DNA of 64,000 nt from Flavisolibacter sp. (lineage in GTDB: Bacteria; Bacteroidota; Bacteroidia; Chitinophagales; Chitinophagaceae), in contig OZ252037.1 of assembly GCA_965247695.1 (NCBI GenBank), positions 5,568,123 through 5,632,122 on the forward strand. Reading direction: 5' to 3'. The position numbers and the translations under genes are program-made. Shown here in pieces: positions 17,956-27,491 of this stretch (positions within the stretch are counted from its first letter, which is position 1; every line of letters begins with the position of its first letter). The notes under the pieces are model-generated. The model had not been told where the DNA came from, ran no database searches, and worked only from the letters and a program-made list of their open reading frames with translations.

Positions 17956-20900
17956 TTAAAGCTTCAGAAGCTTGATGACTTCCTTGCGGTCGTCCTGCAC
18001 TACTTCCGCTACGTAGCTGCCACTCTTCAGTTCTGCGCCAAAGTGAATGGATTGATTAGAACCTGTGGTTATTGTTTTCACCACACGGCCCATTACATCC
18101 ACTACTCTTACAGATACAGGGCTTGTGCTTTTCGATGTCAACCGCAGTTCAAACGCATTGGCCGTCGGGTTCGGGAACACATTCACCGCAAAGGCGCCTT
18201 TTGCATTTTCTGCTTTGTCTGCCGCGGTTGCATTGGCCGACAGGGCACTTGCTTCGGCTGACGTTGATAGCGGCTCACCCGTGCGGGCTGTGCTGCAACT
18301 GCTCGAAGAACCGCAAGTAGCCGGAGAGCCAATCAGGATATCGTCCATGAACACGTAGAAGTTATTGCAATCGTTCGTTTCCATTTCGCCGCGGATGCGG
18401 TAGCGGAAGTTTGCATTCTGGTAAGCCGCCGGGATGGCGATACTGATCGCGGTCTTGCCGTTGCAGCCGTAGTAATAATACAACTGCGCGGATGATTTCG
18501 ACCAGACCTCTGTCCATGTTGCACCGTTGTTACAGGAGAAGTCAATGGAGAGGTCGGCTTTGTAATCGTTGCACACTACTTTGTAAGTCCACAGCGTAAA
18601 GCTCATTTTCAATTCCGAAGGGCAGCAAGGCGCTGAAAGATCCACCTTCGGCGACACGGCTTTCGTCCAGCCCGAGGTGCTGCCGCAACCCGATGTGCTG
18701 TAGTTCACCACCTTCAACGCATACGAAGTGGAAGGCGAATAATACGGAGTCGTTACCACCATGGTTGCCTTGGAATTTGAATTCGTCGTCCATGTGCCGG
18801 TGGACCCTGTAAAGGTGCTGTTGTACAAAGACGTGTTGAAGTTTGTATTGAACTTATTGGGGAAGGTTTCCTTGCCATTTACTGTATTGGTGCAAACCGG
18901 AACCTTGAAGCCTGCATCAATATTCAGGTTGTTTTGTCCGGCAGCCAACGGTACGCCAACGCTGCCGTTCACCGGATCGCTGTCAATCGTTTCATCCGTT
19001 CCTACGTTTGAAGCCGTGGGTACATAACCCGAAGGCGTCGTGAACGTAACGGTATAATTACCCGCGGGAAGATTGCTAAACAGGTAGTGGCCAGTGGCGT
19101 CGGTTGTTTTGGTAGCTACCGATCCGTCAGGATATGTGAGTTTCACGGTAACACCAGCAATGCCTTCGGCACCCGGATCTTGTTTGCCGTTGCCATTCTT
19201 ATCGTTCCAAACAAAATCACCAATGGAACCAACCGGAGCGCAAGAGGCCGGCGCATCAATGTTGATGTCGTCAATGAACACGTAGAAGTTGTTGCAGTCG
19301 CCGGCTTCCATTTCGCCGCGGATGCGGTAGCGGAAGTTTGCGTTTTGATACGCGACAGGAACCGGAATGTTGATCATTGCTTTGCCGTTAGCGCCGTAAG
19401 CGGTAAATAGTTGGGCCGATGTTTTCGACCAAACTTCCGTCCAGGTAGAACCGTCGTTGCTCGAAAAATCAATGGACAAACTTGCCTTGGTATCGTTGCA
19501 TACAACAGCATAAGTCCACAAGGTGAAATTAAACTTCACGCCGTTGGGGCAACAGGGTCCTGTAAGATTGAGCTTCGGCGATACTGATTTGGACCATCCG
19601 TCGCCGCAACCGGTGGTTTTGAAGTTGGCAATGGTAAGCGCATAGCTTGACGAAGGCGAATAGCAAGGCGTAACCACGCCAACAGAGGCATGATCATCGG
19701 AGCATACCGTCCACGTACCCGACGAACCAACGAAAGTTTTATTAACAAGTGATGTATAAAAAGAGGTGTTGAACGCATTGGGGAAAGTTTCCGGCAATGG
19801 GTTGAACGTACCCGCACCGGTTCCACTAATGGTTACTGTAATGGAAGCTTCACACAAATTAGCATCCGTGACTTTAAACGTGTAGGTGCCGGGAGCGAGA
19901 TTGCTTTTAACACCAGTGCCGGAATAAGGCGCTGTGCCGCCGGTAGCCGTAATGGTAACCGAACCGCTGGCGCCGTTGCAAGCCGGCGTAGGCGTAGTGG
20001 CGCTTACGGTAATCTTCGTGGGTTGAAGAAGGGTATCTAAAACAAGGTCGGTGCAACCGTTGGCATCCTTAATGACAAACGCATATTCACCAGCCGCCAA
20101 ATTGGTAAGTGTAATGGTGCTTGTAAAAGCGGGTTCGGGCCGGCCAACGATGGTATAAGGTGCTTTGCCACCAGTTGCGGCAATGGTTATCGAACCTGTG
20201 CTGGCGCCGTTGCATTTTACATTTACATCGCTGGTCAATGTAGCATCCAGTGCTGTTGCCGGCTGACTGATAGCAAAGGTGACTTGCTGCGCATTGCCAA
20301 CGTTGTCTTTTACAATAACATTGTGGGTGCCTGCCGTCAAATCAGTAACGGTAAACTCGGTTCCCGTAACGGGCAAAAAATCGCTGCCATCCAAACTATA
20401 CATGTACGGTGCCGTGCCGCCGGCCACGGTAATGGTAGCCGTGCCGTCGTTTTCGCCATAGCAGACTACGTCTTTTTTACTTTTTACGGTTAACGTAAGA
20501 TTGGAGCAGGTGCAGCCGGATGTGCTGGGTGCGGGTTGAAAGCCTACTTGCAGGGGAAGCAAGTCCAAGCCGTTCAACAAATAAGGCTTATACGTAATTA
20601 AACCGTCGAGATGCGCCAGAATATCGGCTTCAGTAATTGTACCCAGCCAGTTGCACACGGCATACATATAAACCTGCGGTTGGTTGTTGTACAAAAGCGT
20701 TTGGGTAATGGTAATGCTATTGCAGTTAACGGTCGCGGTTACCTTGCTTCCGGTCGTATCATTGTCGCGTTCGATAGTAATGCCGAATTCAGCGTTTTTT
20801 ACAATGTTGTTGTGAGCGTTCAATTTTGTGCTCTGGTTGGCTGCGCCGGTGTTGCCATCAATACCAAGGCCGCTGCCCCCGTTATCAATCTCGTTAAAGG

Positions 20901-21900
20901 CAACTTCAGCATCCCCGTTGTTTAAAACGATTCCCCAATAGTAATAGGTACCCGCCAGGTCGGCCGGGTTGTTGGTGATTCTATTGCCAGTGACTTTGGC
21001 CATTGCCGCATTAATAAGATAAACCGACAACTGGCAATTCGTGAATGTGTTATTGGCAACCACGATACCGCTTCCGGCGTCCTGAACCAACACCCCCGAT
21101 GCGGTAAATGTACCGGTGCCTTTGTAAGCGATCTTGCTAATGGTGTTGTTTTTGATGATGCCTTTTGCGTTAAACGAAAGTTGAATGCCGTTCTGCGCTA
21201 TTTGCGCAATGGTACCGGCACCCTCTATGGTATTCCCGTCAATGTTTACCGTAAGATTTGCGCCGTAAAACAACATGGCGCTTTTCTGATAGTTCGTAAA
21301 ATAAGAAGCCGAAACGGTTACGGAGCGGGCCGTTCCTGCACCGGCATAAGCGTAAAGCCCAAGGCCATAATTGCTGCTGTATGGCGGGTTATTGGTGATG
21401 GAAATTACGCGGCAATTGTTAACCGTGCCACCGGCATTTAGGTAACCTACGCCAATGAATTCCTGAAAGCCGTTTCCGTTGGCCGCGCCGTCTACCGTTA
21501 GCTGGTTTACATTGATGTTGTCGGCATCGTGGGCATACACCACCGCATAGTAATCGGAATTGGTAGGCGGGTAAGTGGTGGAAAAAGATTTGGTAAGTGC
21601 GGCTGGTGCTTTAATAATGGTTTGCGCTGCGCCCTGACCGATAAGAGAAAGGGGTTTGCCAACGTTCACTTGTTCAATAAAAGTACCCGCACCGATGCGG
21701 ATTACATCGCCTGCGGCAGCTTTGGTAACTGCATAGCCAATGGTTTTAAAAGGCGCGGCTGGTGTACCGTTTCCGGGTGCATCGGTGCCGGTAGTGCTTA
21801 CGTACCAATCAGCGGCTTTCGTGTACTGTGTAAAAGAGCAAAGAAGGAAGGCGAGTAAAAAATGCAGCGGCCAGCGCATGCGCTTTTGTTCGACACTCAT
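17956..21900 (-). CDS. Large T9SS-secreted protein: beta-helix (pectin-lyase-like) + SprB-type repeats + duplicated Cys-rich domain flanking an SdrD-B/Cna-B domain + type A CTD
   Basis: YVSTTGTD..GNGT..APFKTI, ITVAGGTAPY repeats, GSIGDFVWNDKNGNGKQD, CTD VNVFPNPT...LKSGSYVAEV...KLLKL; start ATG 21900 or 21879. Confidence 0.88.
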   Translation of the reverse strand: MSVEQKRMRWPLHFLLAFLLCSFTQYTKAADWYVSTTGTDAPGNGTPAAPFKTIGYAVTKAAAGDVIRIGAGTFIEQVNVGKPLSLIGQGAAQTIIKAPAALTKSFSTTYPPTNSDYYAVVYAHDADNINVNQLTVDGAANGNGFQEFIGVGYLNAGGTVNNCRVISITNNPPYSSNYGLGLYAYAGAGTARSVTVSASYFTNYQKSAMLFYGANLTVNIDGNTIEGAGTIAQIAQNGIQLSFNAKGIIKNNTISKIAYKGTGTFTASGVLVQDAGSGIVVANNTFTNCQLSVYLINAAMAKVTGNRITNNPADLAGTYYYWGIVLNNGDAEVAFNEIDNGGSGLGIDGNTGAANQSTKLNAHNNIVKNAEFGITIERDNDTTGSKVTATVNCNSITITQTLLYNNQPQVYMYAVCNWLGTITEADILAHLDGLITYKPYLLNGLDLLPLQVGFQPAPSTSGCTCSNLTLTVKSKKDVVCYGENDGTATITVAGGTAPYMYSLDGSDFLPVTGTEFTVTDLTAGTHNVIVKDNVGNAQQVTFAISQPATALDATLTSDVNVKCNGASTGSITIAATGGKAPYTIVGRPEPAFTSTITLTNLAAGEYAFVIKDANGCTDLVLDTLLQPTKITVSATTPTPACNGASGSVTITATGGTAPYSGTGVKSNLAPGTYTFKVTDANLCEASITVTISGTGAGTFNPLPETFPNAFNTSFYTSLVNKTFVGSSGTWTVCSDDHASVGVVTPCYSPSSSYALTIANFKTTGCGDGWSKSVSPKLNLTGPCCPNGVKFNFTLWTYAVVCNDTKASLSIDFSSNDGSTWTEVWSKTSAQLFTAYGANGKAMINIPVPVAYQNANFRYRIRGEMEAGDCNNFYVFIDDINIDAPASCAPVGSIGDFVWNDKNGNGKQDPGAEGIAGVTVKLTYPDGSVATKTTDATGHYLFSNLPAGNYTVTFTTPSGYVPTASNVGTDETIDSDPVNGSVGVPLAAGQNNLNIDAGFKVPVCTNTVNGKETFPNKFNTNFNTSLYNSTFTGSTGTWTTNSNSKATMVVTTPYYSPSTSYALKVVNYSTSGCGSTSGWTKAVSPKVDLSAPCCPSELKMSFTLWTYKVVCNDYKADLSIDFSCNNGATWTEVWSKSSAQLYYYYGCNGKTAISIAIPAAYQNANFRYRIRGEMETNDCNNFYVFMDDILIGSPATCGSSSSCSTARTGEPLSTSAEASALSANATAADKAENAKGAFAVNVFPNPTANAFELRLTSKSTSPVSVRVVDVMGRVVKTITTGSNQSIHFGAELKSGSYVAEVVQDDRKEVIKLLKL

Positions 21901-22105
21901 AGAGTCGGTTTTAGTGGGTAAATAAAAAGCATTCAAGTTTTTTAAACCTTGAAAATTCGTACAGCGTGGAGGGGAATAACTATTCTGCCTGCGCAGCGGC
22001 GCAGACTTTGGCTTTCAGGAATTGAGAAGTGTTGCGGAGGATAATCTCTTTCTATAAATCAATAAAGGAAAAACGCGGTTTTTGTTTCAGCAAGCTGTAG
22101 CTTGA

Positions 22106-22369
22106 TTACAACGCAGCCGCGCCCATTCTTTTTTGAGCCCTATACTTGCGGCTGCCATAGGCAACGCCTGCCACTAACAAGATGCCCAGGCCGCCGTCAA
22201 TAGGGGCATTGGTCGGGCTGCCTGATGGAGGCGTAGGGGGTGGTTTTGGCGCACCCAATGTCTGTGCGTCTTTGTTAGCACTGGACCAAGGGGCCGCTGA
22301 ACTGATTTGAGCGTTTGCAACGCCGGTGAATAAAACAGAGAAAAAGAAGATGGTGTAAAGCCTTCTCAT
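22106..22369 (-). CDS. Small secreted PID-CTERM protein
   Basis: Signal peptide MRRLYTIFFF..ANAQ, Pro-rich linker, PIDGGLGILLVAGVAYGSRKYR (motif + TM + basic tail). Confidence 0.8.
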   Translation of the reverse strand: MRRLYTIFFFSVLFTGVANAQISSAAPWSSANKDAQTLGAPKPPPTPPSGSPTNAPIDGGLGILLVAGVAYGSRKYRAQKRMGAAAL

Positions 22370-22734
22370 AACGTTTGGGTTTAATAAATGACCAATCAGT
22401 GCCAAGTGTTATAAACACATAGCGATAATTCAATTGGAATTTTTCAAAAATTGAGCGTGGCTTTTAGAAGGAGGGGTGGATTTAGGGACGGCGTTTTTGC
22501 AGGAATAGACCGCAAAGAAAACAAAAGAATTAAACTTTCAAAATTAATTTCGGTTCTGCATGAAATTTCCACGGTGAATGAACAGGCAGAATAGTTTTCT
22601 GTCGTGCAAAAGGCAATCAAAAATTTAATAAGGTTGTTTGCTTAACCAGTGCTGTTGTGTTAATCAAAATAATACGCAATAGCAAAGCCTTGTTACGCAA
22701 GAAACAAGTGCTATCGGTTAGAAATTTTTCATCG

Positions 22735-23436
22735 TTATAGATCTCCTAACTGCGGCCGCAGCACAATGTCTTCCACTACGGCTTGCGGCGAAAGTTGCGT
22801 GGCTGTATAAATCATCTTTGCCAAGTCTCCGGTTTCCATGATGCGCTGTTCCGAAACGCCGCTGCCTTTCCACGAATCGGTATAAACCGCACCGGGAATA
22901 ACGGCGGTCACCTTGATGCCATAGTTTTTTAATTCTGCCCGAAGGTTACGGGTAAAGCCAAGCAGCGCATACTTGCTGATGCTATACGCACCGCCACCAG
23001 GATAGGCCGCCAAGCTGGCGATAGAACATGTGGTAAAAATGTGTCCACTCTTCTGCGCTTTCATTTTGGGAAGAATGGCTCTTGTGGTATGATAAGCGCT
23101 GAAAAGATTTACGGCAAGCATCGTCTCCAATGCGCCATCGGCTTCATCAGACACATTGCCTTGAATAAAGGTGCCGGTGTTGTTAATCAGTACATCCACC
23201 GTATTGGCATTGTTCATCACCCATTCGCCAAACAATATTGCTTTTCCCTTCTGGCTGATATCAAGTGCCTTTCCATCAACGGTAATGTTTGGATATTTTG
23301 TTTTCAATTCTTCAATCGTTTCCAGCAAAGTGCTTTCTGTTTTTGCGCAGAGGAATAAATTGTAGCCGTGTAAGGCAAATGTTTCGGCCAATGTTTTTCC
23401 AATGCCACGTGAGGCGCCGGTGATGACTGCGTTCAT
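22735..23436 (-). CDS. SDR family oxidoreductase
   Basis: VITGASRGIG, YSISK (YxxxK), PGAVYT. Confidence 0.92.
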   Translation of the reverse strand: MNAVITGASRGIGKTLAETFALHGYNLFLCAKTESTLLETIEELKTKYPNITVDGKALDISQKGKAILFGEWVMNNANTVDVLINNTGTFIQGNVSDEADGALETMLAVNLFSAYHTTRAILPKMKAQKSGHIFTTCSIASLAAYPGGGAYSISKYALLGFTRNLRAELKNYGIKVTAVIPGAVYTDSWKGSGVSEQRIMETGDLAKMIYTATQLSPQAVVEDIVLRPQLGDL

Positions 23437-23475
23437 ATTCCTTTTTTAAGTTGCCCCAAAGCTACCTTCGGCCCA

Positions 23476-24174
23476 ATGAAATACAAGCATCTCTTCTTCG
23501 ACCTTGACCATACCCTTTGGGATTTTGACGCCAACGCAAGAGCCACGCTGGCCCAATTGCATGTGGATTTAAAGCTGCCCGAACGCGGCATTCACGACTT
23601 TGATCTCTTCTACCGAAACTATCTTGTACACAACGAAAGTTTATGGGCCAAATACAGAGCCGGGCAGATTAAGCAAGATGAGTTGCGCCTTAAACGCATG
23701 TGGCTTGCCTTGCTTGATTTTAAGATAGCGGATGAAGCGCTGGCGCAACAGATGAACGAACTGTTTATGCAACTGCTTCCTACACGAACCCTTCTTTTCC
23801 CCGATACGGTCGATGTATTGAAATACTTACGGGCAAAAGGTTACGGTCTCCACCTAATCACCAATGGCTTTGAAGAAACGCAGCACAGCAAATTAAAGAG
23901 TTCGGGCCTGGCCCAATTTTTCGCTGTGGTGGTTACCTCCGAAGGAAGCAACAGCCTAAAGCCGCAAAGAGAAATTTTTGAATTTGCTTTGAATAAAACC
24001 GGCGCAAAAGTGAACGAGAGTCTGATGATTGGCGATACCTTGGACGTGGACGTAACCGGCGCATTGAACATAGGCATGGACGCCGTGCATGTAAATTATA
24101 GCCGCATTGAACAAACGACAGTAAAGCCGACGTACACCATCCATCACCTGAAAGAGCTGAAGGAATTCTTATAA
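23476..24174 (+). CDS. YjjG-family HAD nucleotidase
   Basis: FFDLDHTLWDF, ITNGF, KP..EIF, MIGDTLDVD. Confidence 0.9.
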   Translation: MKYKHLFFDLDHTLWDFDANARATLAQLHVDLKLPERGIHDFDLFYRNYLVHNESLWAKYRAGQIKQDELRLKRMWLALLDFKIADEALAQQMNELFMQLLPTRTLLFPDTVDVLKYLRAKGYGLHLITNGFEETQHSKLKSSGLAQFFAVVVTSEGSNSLKPQREIFEFALNKTGAKVNESLMIGDTLDVDVTGALNIGMDAVHVNYSRIEQTTVKPTYTIHHLKELKEFL

Positions 24175-24202
24175 AAAGCCCCGCTAAAAAGCGGGGCTTT
24201 TT
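24173..24202. terminator. Bidirectional terminator
   Basis: AAAAAGCCCCGC-taaaaa-GCGGGGCTTTTT. Confidence 0.85.
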
Positions 24203-24204
24203 CT

Positions 24205-24378
24205 CTAATAGCAAGCAACACCGGAGAATGGACAATGTGATCTTTTTGCACTGCATTCTTTTTTTGCATTGCTTTTGCCGGTTTCGTTCTTGACGGTCTT
24301 TTTGGTGTTCAAAACCGTAGCGGTTACAACGGCCGCAGTTAGGAGCAAAGCCATAATCACCAGTAGATATTTTTTCAT
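24205..24378 (-). CDS. Small secreted Cys-tailed peptide (57 aa; not in ORF track)
   Basis: MKKYLLVIMALLLTAAVVTATVLNTKKTVKNETGKSNAKKECSAKRSHCPFSGVACY*; signal-peptide-like N-terminus, ends at the terminator. Confidence 0.6.
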   Translation of the reverse strand: MKKYLLVIMALLLTAAVVTATVLNTKKTVKNETGKSNAKKECSAKRSHCPFSGVACY

Positions 24379-24586
24379 GACGTTGAATTTAGGTAGTTAA
24401 GGTAGGACGAAAATGTGAATGGCCGGTTGTAAAGAGGTGTCCGAAAAGATATTTAAACTTTGCGCTTTACCGCTTCTAAACGATATGCCCTCAATCAGAG
24501 ATAAGAAATCCAAAATTAGAAATCGCAGAAGGAAATGTTGTGCTGTAAGCCATCCATTCACCACTGACCATTCTCCACTCACCTCC

Positions 24587-25243
24587 TCACCATCTCGCCA
24601 GCACCGTTATACCGCCTTTTACTTTTTGGTTCATGCCCACTTCTATTCTGGTGCCGATGGGCAACAACAAATCCACCCGCGAACCGAATTTGATAAAACC
24701 CATTTCCGCTGCTTGTTGCACCATATCGCCGGGCTTGAGGTAATTCACAATGCGCTTGGCCAAGGCGCCGGCAATTTGTTTCACCAGCATTTCTTTGCCG
24801 CTACTTTTATACACCACCGAATGCCGTTCGTTATCGGTAGATGATTTGGGATGCCAGGCCACGAGGTATTTGCCTTTGTGATATTGGCTGTACATCACTT
24901 CGCCACTTACGGGATTGCGATTTACGTGTACATTCAGCGGGCTCATAAAAATGGAGAGTTGCAACCGGCGGTCTTTGAAATATTCATCGGCCTGCACTTC
25001 CTCTATCACCACCACGGTGCCATCGCAAGGCGCAAGAATCACTTCTTCGCCAACGGGGTAGTCGCGGGCCGGTATACGAAAGAAGGAAAGAATAAAAATC
25101 AGCAAACCCAAAATGGCCATCACGGTAATCCAACCGAGGATTGGATAAGCCGGCATCACCAGCAACACGGTAATTAAAACAATGGCCGCGGCAACGATGG
25201 TGCTGATAAGGATGGTTCCGAAACCTTCTTTGTGAATCTTCAT
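24587..25243 (-). CDS. psd: Phosphatidylserine decarboxylase (short type)
   Basis: SIFMSPLNVHVNRNP, GFIKFGSRVD self-cleavage motif. Confidence 0.93.
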   Translation of the reverse strand: MKIHKEGFGTILISTIVAAAIVLITVLLVMPAYPILGWITVMAILGLLIFILSFFRIPARDYPVGEEVILAPCDGTVVVIEEVQADEYFKDRRLQLSIFMSPLNVHVNRNPVSGEVMYSQYHKGKYLVAWHPKSSTDNERHSVVYKSSGKEMLVKQIAGALAKRIVNYLKPGDMVQQAAEMGFIKFGSRVDLLLPIGTRIEVGMNQKVKGGITVLARW

Positions 25244-25313
25244 AATCAAAGGATGACGGCAAAAGTAGGGAAAAGGCGGCGTAGGCGTCAGGCCGCTTGG
25301 CGCGGCCAGACGC

Positions 25314-25961
25314 CTACGTCAACGCCTCCGCCAACTTCTTCGACACCTCTCCCGCTTTTGCCCATACCATAAAATGCGAGCCGTCTTTAATTATACAATC
25401 GGGCTTGGTGTATTTTACCGGAAACATTTTATCCTTGGTTCCGTGAATTTGAAATAGGCCTTCCGGCCTTTCGCAACTCTCCCAATTGACAATGGCATTG
25501 ATAGCCCATTGCATGAACTGCGGATCGGTTTGTGAAATAAAATCTTGAATCAGCGTTTTTTGCCCTCTGCCTTTAGTGCCCATCAGCCTTTGCACAAAGA
25601 ATAAATTTTGGGGGCGGAAAATAAAACCGGGAAGAATTTTATGCGCCTGTGTTTTTAAGGCAAATTTTAATAACGGAGGAAATTCTTTGTTGCAACCAAT
25701 GCTTGAAATCAGCACCGTTTTTTGCGGATGAAGTTTTTGCGAAAGCACCGAAGCAATCATGCCGCCCATGGACAAGCCGACGACCGCAAAAGGCTTGGCT
25801 GTATCAATGCTCTTGCTCAACCGAAGTGCATAATCGTTGAGCGATTCTTTGGCTAAAGGTTTTATCCAATCAAGATAATGAACCAAAAATTTCGGCGGCA
25901 ATTCTAACCGCTCAAAGGCACGTCTATCGGCACCCAAACCGCTGATGAAATAAACATTCAT
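25314..25961 (-). CDS. Alpha/beta hydrolase
   Basis: FISGLGAD, GLSMGG nucleophile elbow, IHGTKD, GSH. Confidence 0.85.
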   Translation of the reverse strand: MNVYFISGLGADRRAFERLELPPKFLVHYLDWIKPLAKESLNDYALRLSKSIDTAKPFAVVGLSMGGMIASVLSQKLHPQKTVLISSIGCNKEFPPLLKFALKTQAHKILPGFIFRPQNLFFVQRLMGTKGRGQKTLIQDFISQTDPQFMQWAINAIVNWESCERPEGLFQIHGTKDKMFPVKYTKPDCIIKDGSHFMVWAKAGEVSKKLAEALT

Positions 25962-26191
25962 GCTTTTGCTTTAATCCAACCGAAGAGCGAGACAATCGTC
26001 CACGTACCTTCTAAAATGCAAAACGGCCAGTAGCGAATGAGATAAGAAGCATAGCAAGTCATGGTAGCACCAATTGTGTTTAAAGCAAAGAATAGCCGGC
26101 CTTGTGAGGACATCCAGCCAAAGGTGCTGCAGAAATAAGCCACTAGGATTAAAAAGACGCCAACCGTTCCTATCCAATCGCTGCTGTTCAT
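25958..26191 (-). CDS. Small membrane protein (CBU_0592-like)
   Basis: DWIGTVGVFLILVAY...LNTIGA...F..LEGTW pattern, 3 TMs. Confidence 0.75.
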   Translation of the reverse strand: MNSSDWIGTVGVFLILVAYFCSTFGWMSSQGRLFFALNTIGATMTCYASYLIRYWPFCILEGTWTIVSLFGWIKAKA

Positions 26192-26201
26192 AATTGCCTT
26201 T

Positions 26202-26801
26202 TTATAACCGAACGGCTTTGGTCAGCTCTTCACTCAACGGCGACACAGCAGGTTCAAAATAATTGACAAGAACGCCTTCTTCGTTAATCAAATACTTGGC
26301 AAAATTCCACGAAGGCGGCGCCTCGTTCCAACCGTTTTTAGCCTTCTGCGTGAGCCATTGATACACCGGATGCTGACTGCTACTTTTTACCACTGAACTT
26401 TTCTTTGACAACGGAAAACTGACGCCGTAATTAACGGAACAAAATGCGGCAATGTCTTTATCACTGCCGCTTTCCTGTTCTCTAAAATCATTGGCCGGAA
26501 AGCCGATGATCTCCAACCCGTCCTTTGATTGTTCGTAAAGTTTTTGCAGCTCGGCGTATTGCGGCGTAAAGCCACAATCGCTGGCGGTGTTTACCAGCAA
26601 AACTTTTTTACCGCGAAGATCTTCAAACGAGAATTGTTTGCCACTGTTCAGCGTGGTGGAAAGGGAATAAAAAGATTCGGGTGGCTTTGCGTTGCTTTCG
26701 TTCGCAGCAATCGCTTCCTTTGCGCTTTTTCCCTTTGCTAAAAGAATCAGCGGGTAGATCAGTTTCATTATTTTTTGTCGTATCGTCATAGCATTAGTCA
26801 A
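26202..26801 (-). CDS. Glutathione peroxidase family (Cys type)
   Basis: LVNTASDCGFTPQY, GFPANDF, WNFAKYLI. Confidence 0.93.
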   Translation of the reverse strand: MTNAMTIRQKIMKLIYPLILLAKGKSAKEAIAANESNAKPPESFYSLSTTLNSGKQFSFEDLRGKKVLLVNTASDCGFTPQYAELQKLYEQSKDGLEIIGFPANDFREQESGSDKDIAAFCSVNYGVSFPLSKKSSVVKSSSQHPVYQWLTQKAKNGWNEAPPSWNFAKYLINEEGVLVNYFEPAVSPLSEELTKAVRL

Positions 26802-26805
26802 TAAA

Positions 26806-26827
26806 AAACCCTGCCGCGGCAGGGTTT
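26806..26827. terminator. Intrinsic terminator / palindrome after the DUF2911 gene
   Basis: AAACCCTGCCGCGGCAGGGTTT with A-run on the left. Confidence 0.65.
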
Positions 26828-26838
26828 GGGTTAAGATA

Positions 26839-27444
26839 TTATTTAAACGTTATCGGCAGCGTTACCATTGCTTCGTCCCAGGCCATTACCATATCCGTAC
26901 CGGCAGTTGATTTGTTGAACATCACGGTAAAAGCTTCGGACGAAGGGCTGTTCTTTTGCACGGGAACATCTACCCGCAACACGTCTTTCTTATCATCATA
27001 CTTAAAAGCGCCCCAGGTATCAAGGTCTTTGTTGAAGATGATGGTCCACTGCGTTTCGGTAGGGATGGCATAAAGCGTATAACGGCCCTTGCTTAATTTT
27101 TTGTCCTTGATTTTTACGTCGCGGTAAAGCTCTATCTCCGTGGCTTCGTTGGCGCCTAAGCGCCACACTTTTCCGTACTCCACCAGGCCGCCGTAGATGA
27201 TGCGTCCTTCTTTTTGCGGACGGCTGTAAATGACTCTTGCTACCAACGGCTCCGTGGCTTTGTCCTGAATCTTCAACACAGGATAGTTGGCGGGATAGTA
27301 AGCCATGTCCATCGGCGACTTGTCGAGCTGCGGCAACTTGGGAGCCGGTGTTACGGCCATTGTTGTGTTGGTGTTAGATCCTGTTGTTTGTGCGAAAGAG
27401 GCTTGCGCAACCGCAAGGCAACCGAGTAGAAAAAGTTTGTTCAT
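26839..27444 (-). CDS. DUF2911-domain secreted protein
   Basis: SPMDMAYYP, VIYSRPQKEGR, YGKVWRLGANEAT. Confidence 0.85.
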   Translation of the reverse strand: MNKLFLLGCLAVAQASFAQTTGSNTNTTMAVTPAPKLPQLDKSPMDMAYYPANYPVLKIQDKATEPLVARVIYSRPQKEGRIIYGGLVEYGKVWRLGANEATEIELYRDVKIKDKKLSKGRYTLYAIPTETQWTIIFNKDLDTWGAFKYDDKKDVLRVDVPVQKNSPSSEAFTVMFNKSTAGTDMVMAWDEAMVTLPITFK

Positions 27445-27491
27445 ACGAAGGATATTTTTAAGGGGACAAATGTAGTGGCGAGCGCCGTTTT

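Noticed and set aside
21978-22596. 14-nt inverted match CAGGCAGAATAGTT (21978-21991 minus, 22583-22596 plus) and a possible riboswitch upstream of the T9SS/PID-CTERM genes
   Set aside because: Short match that could arise by chance; no recognisable riboswitch consensus by eye. An Rfam scan would be needed
26560-26590. Possible selenocysteine in the glutathione peroxidase
   Set aside because: Active-site codon reads Cys (ASDCG) in an open frame; no in-frame TGA
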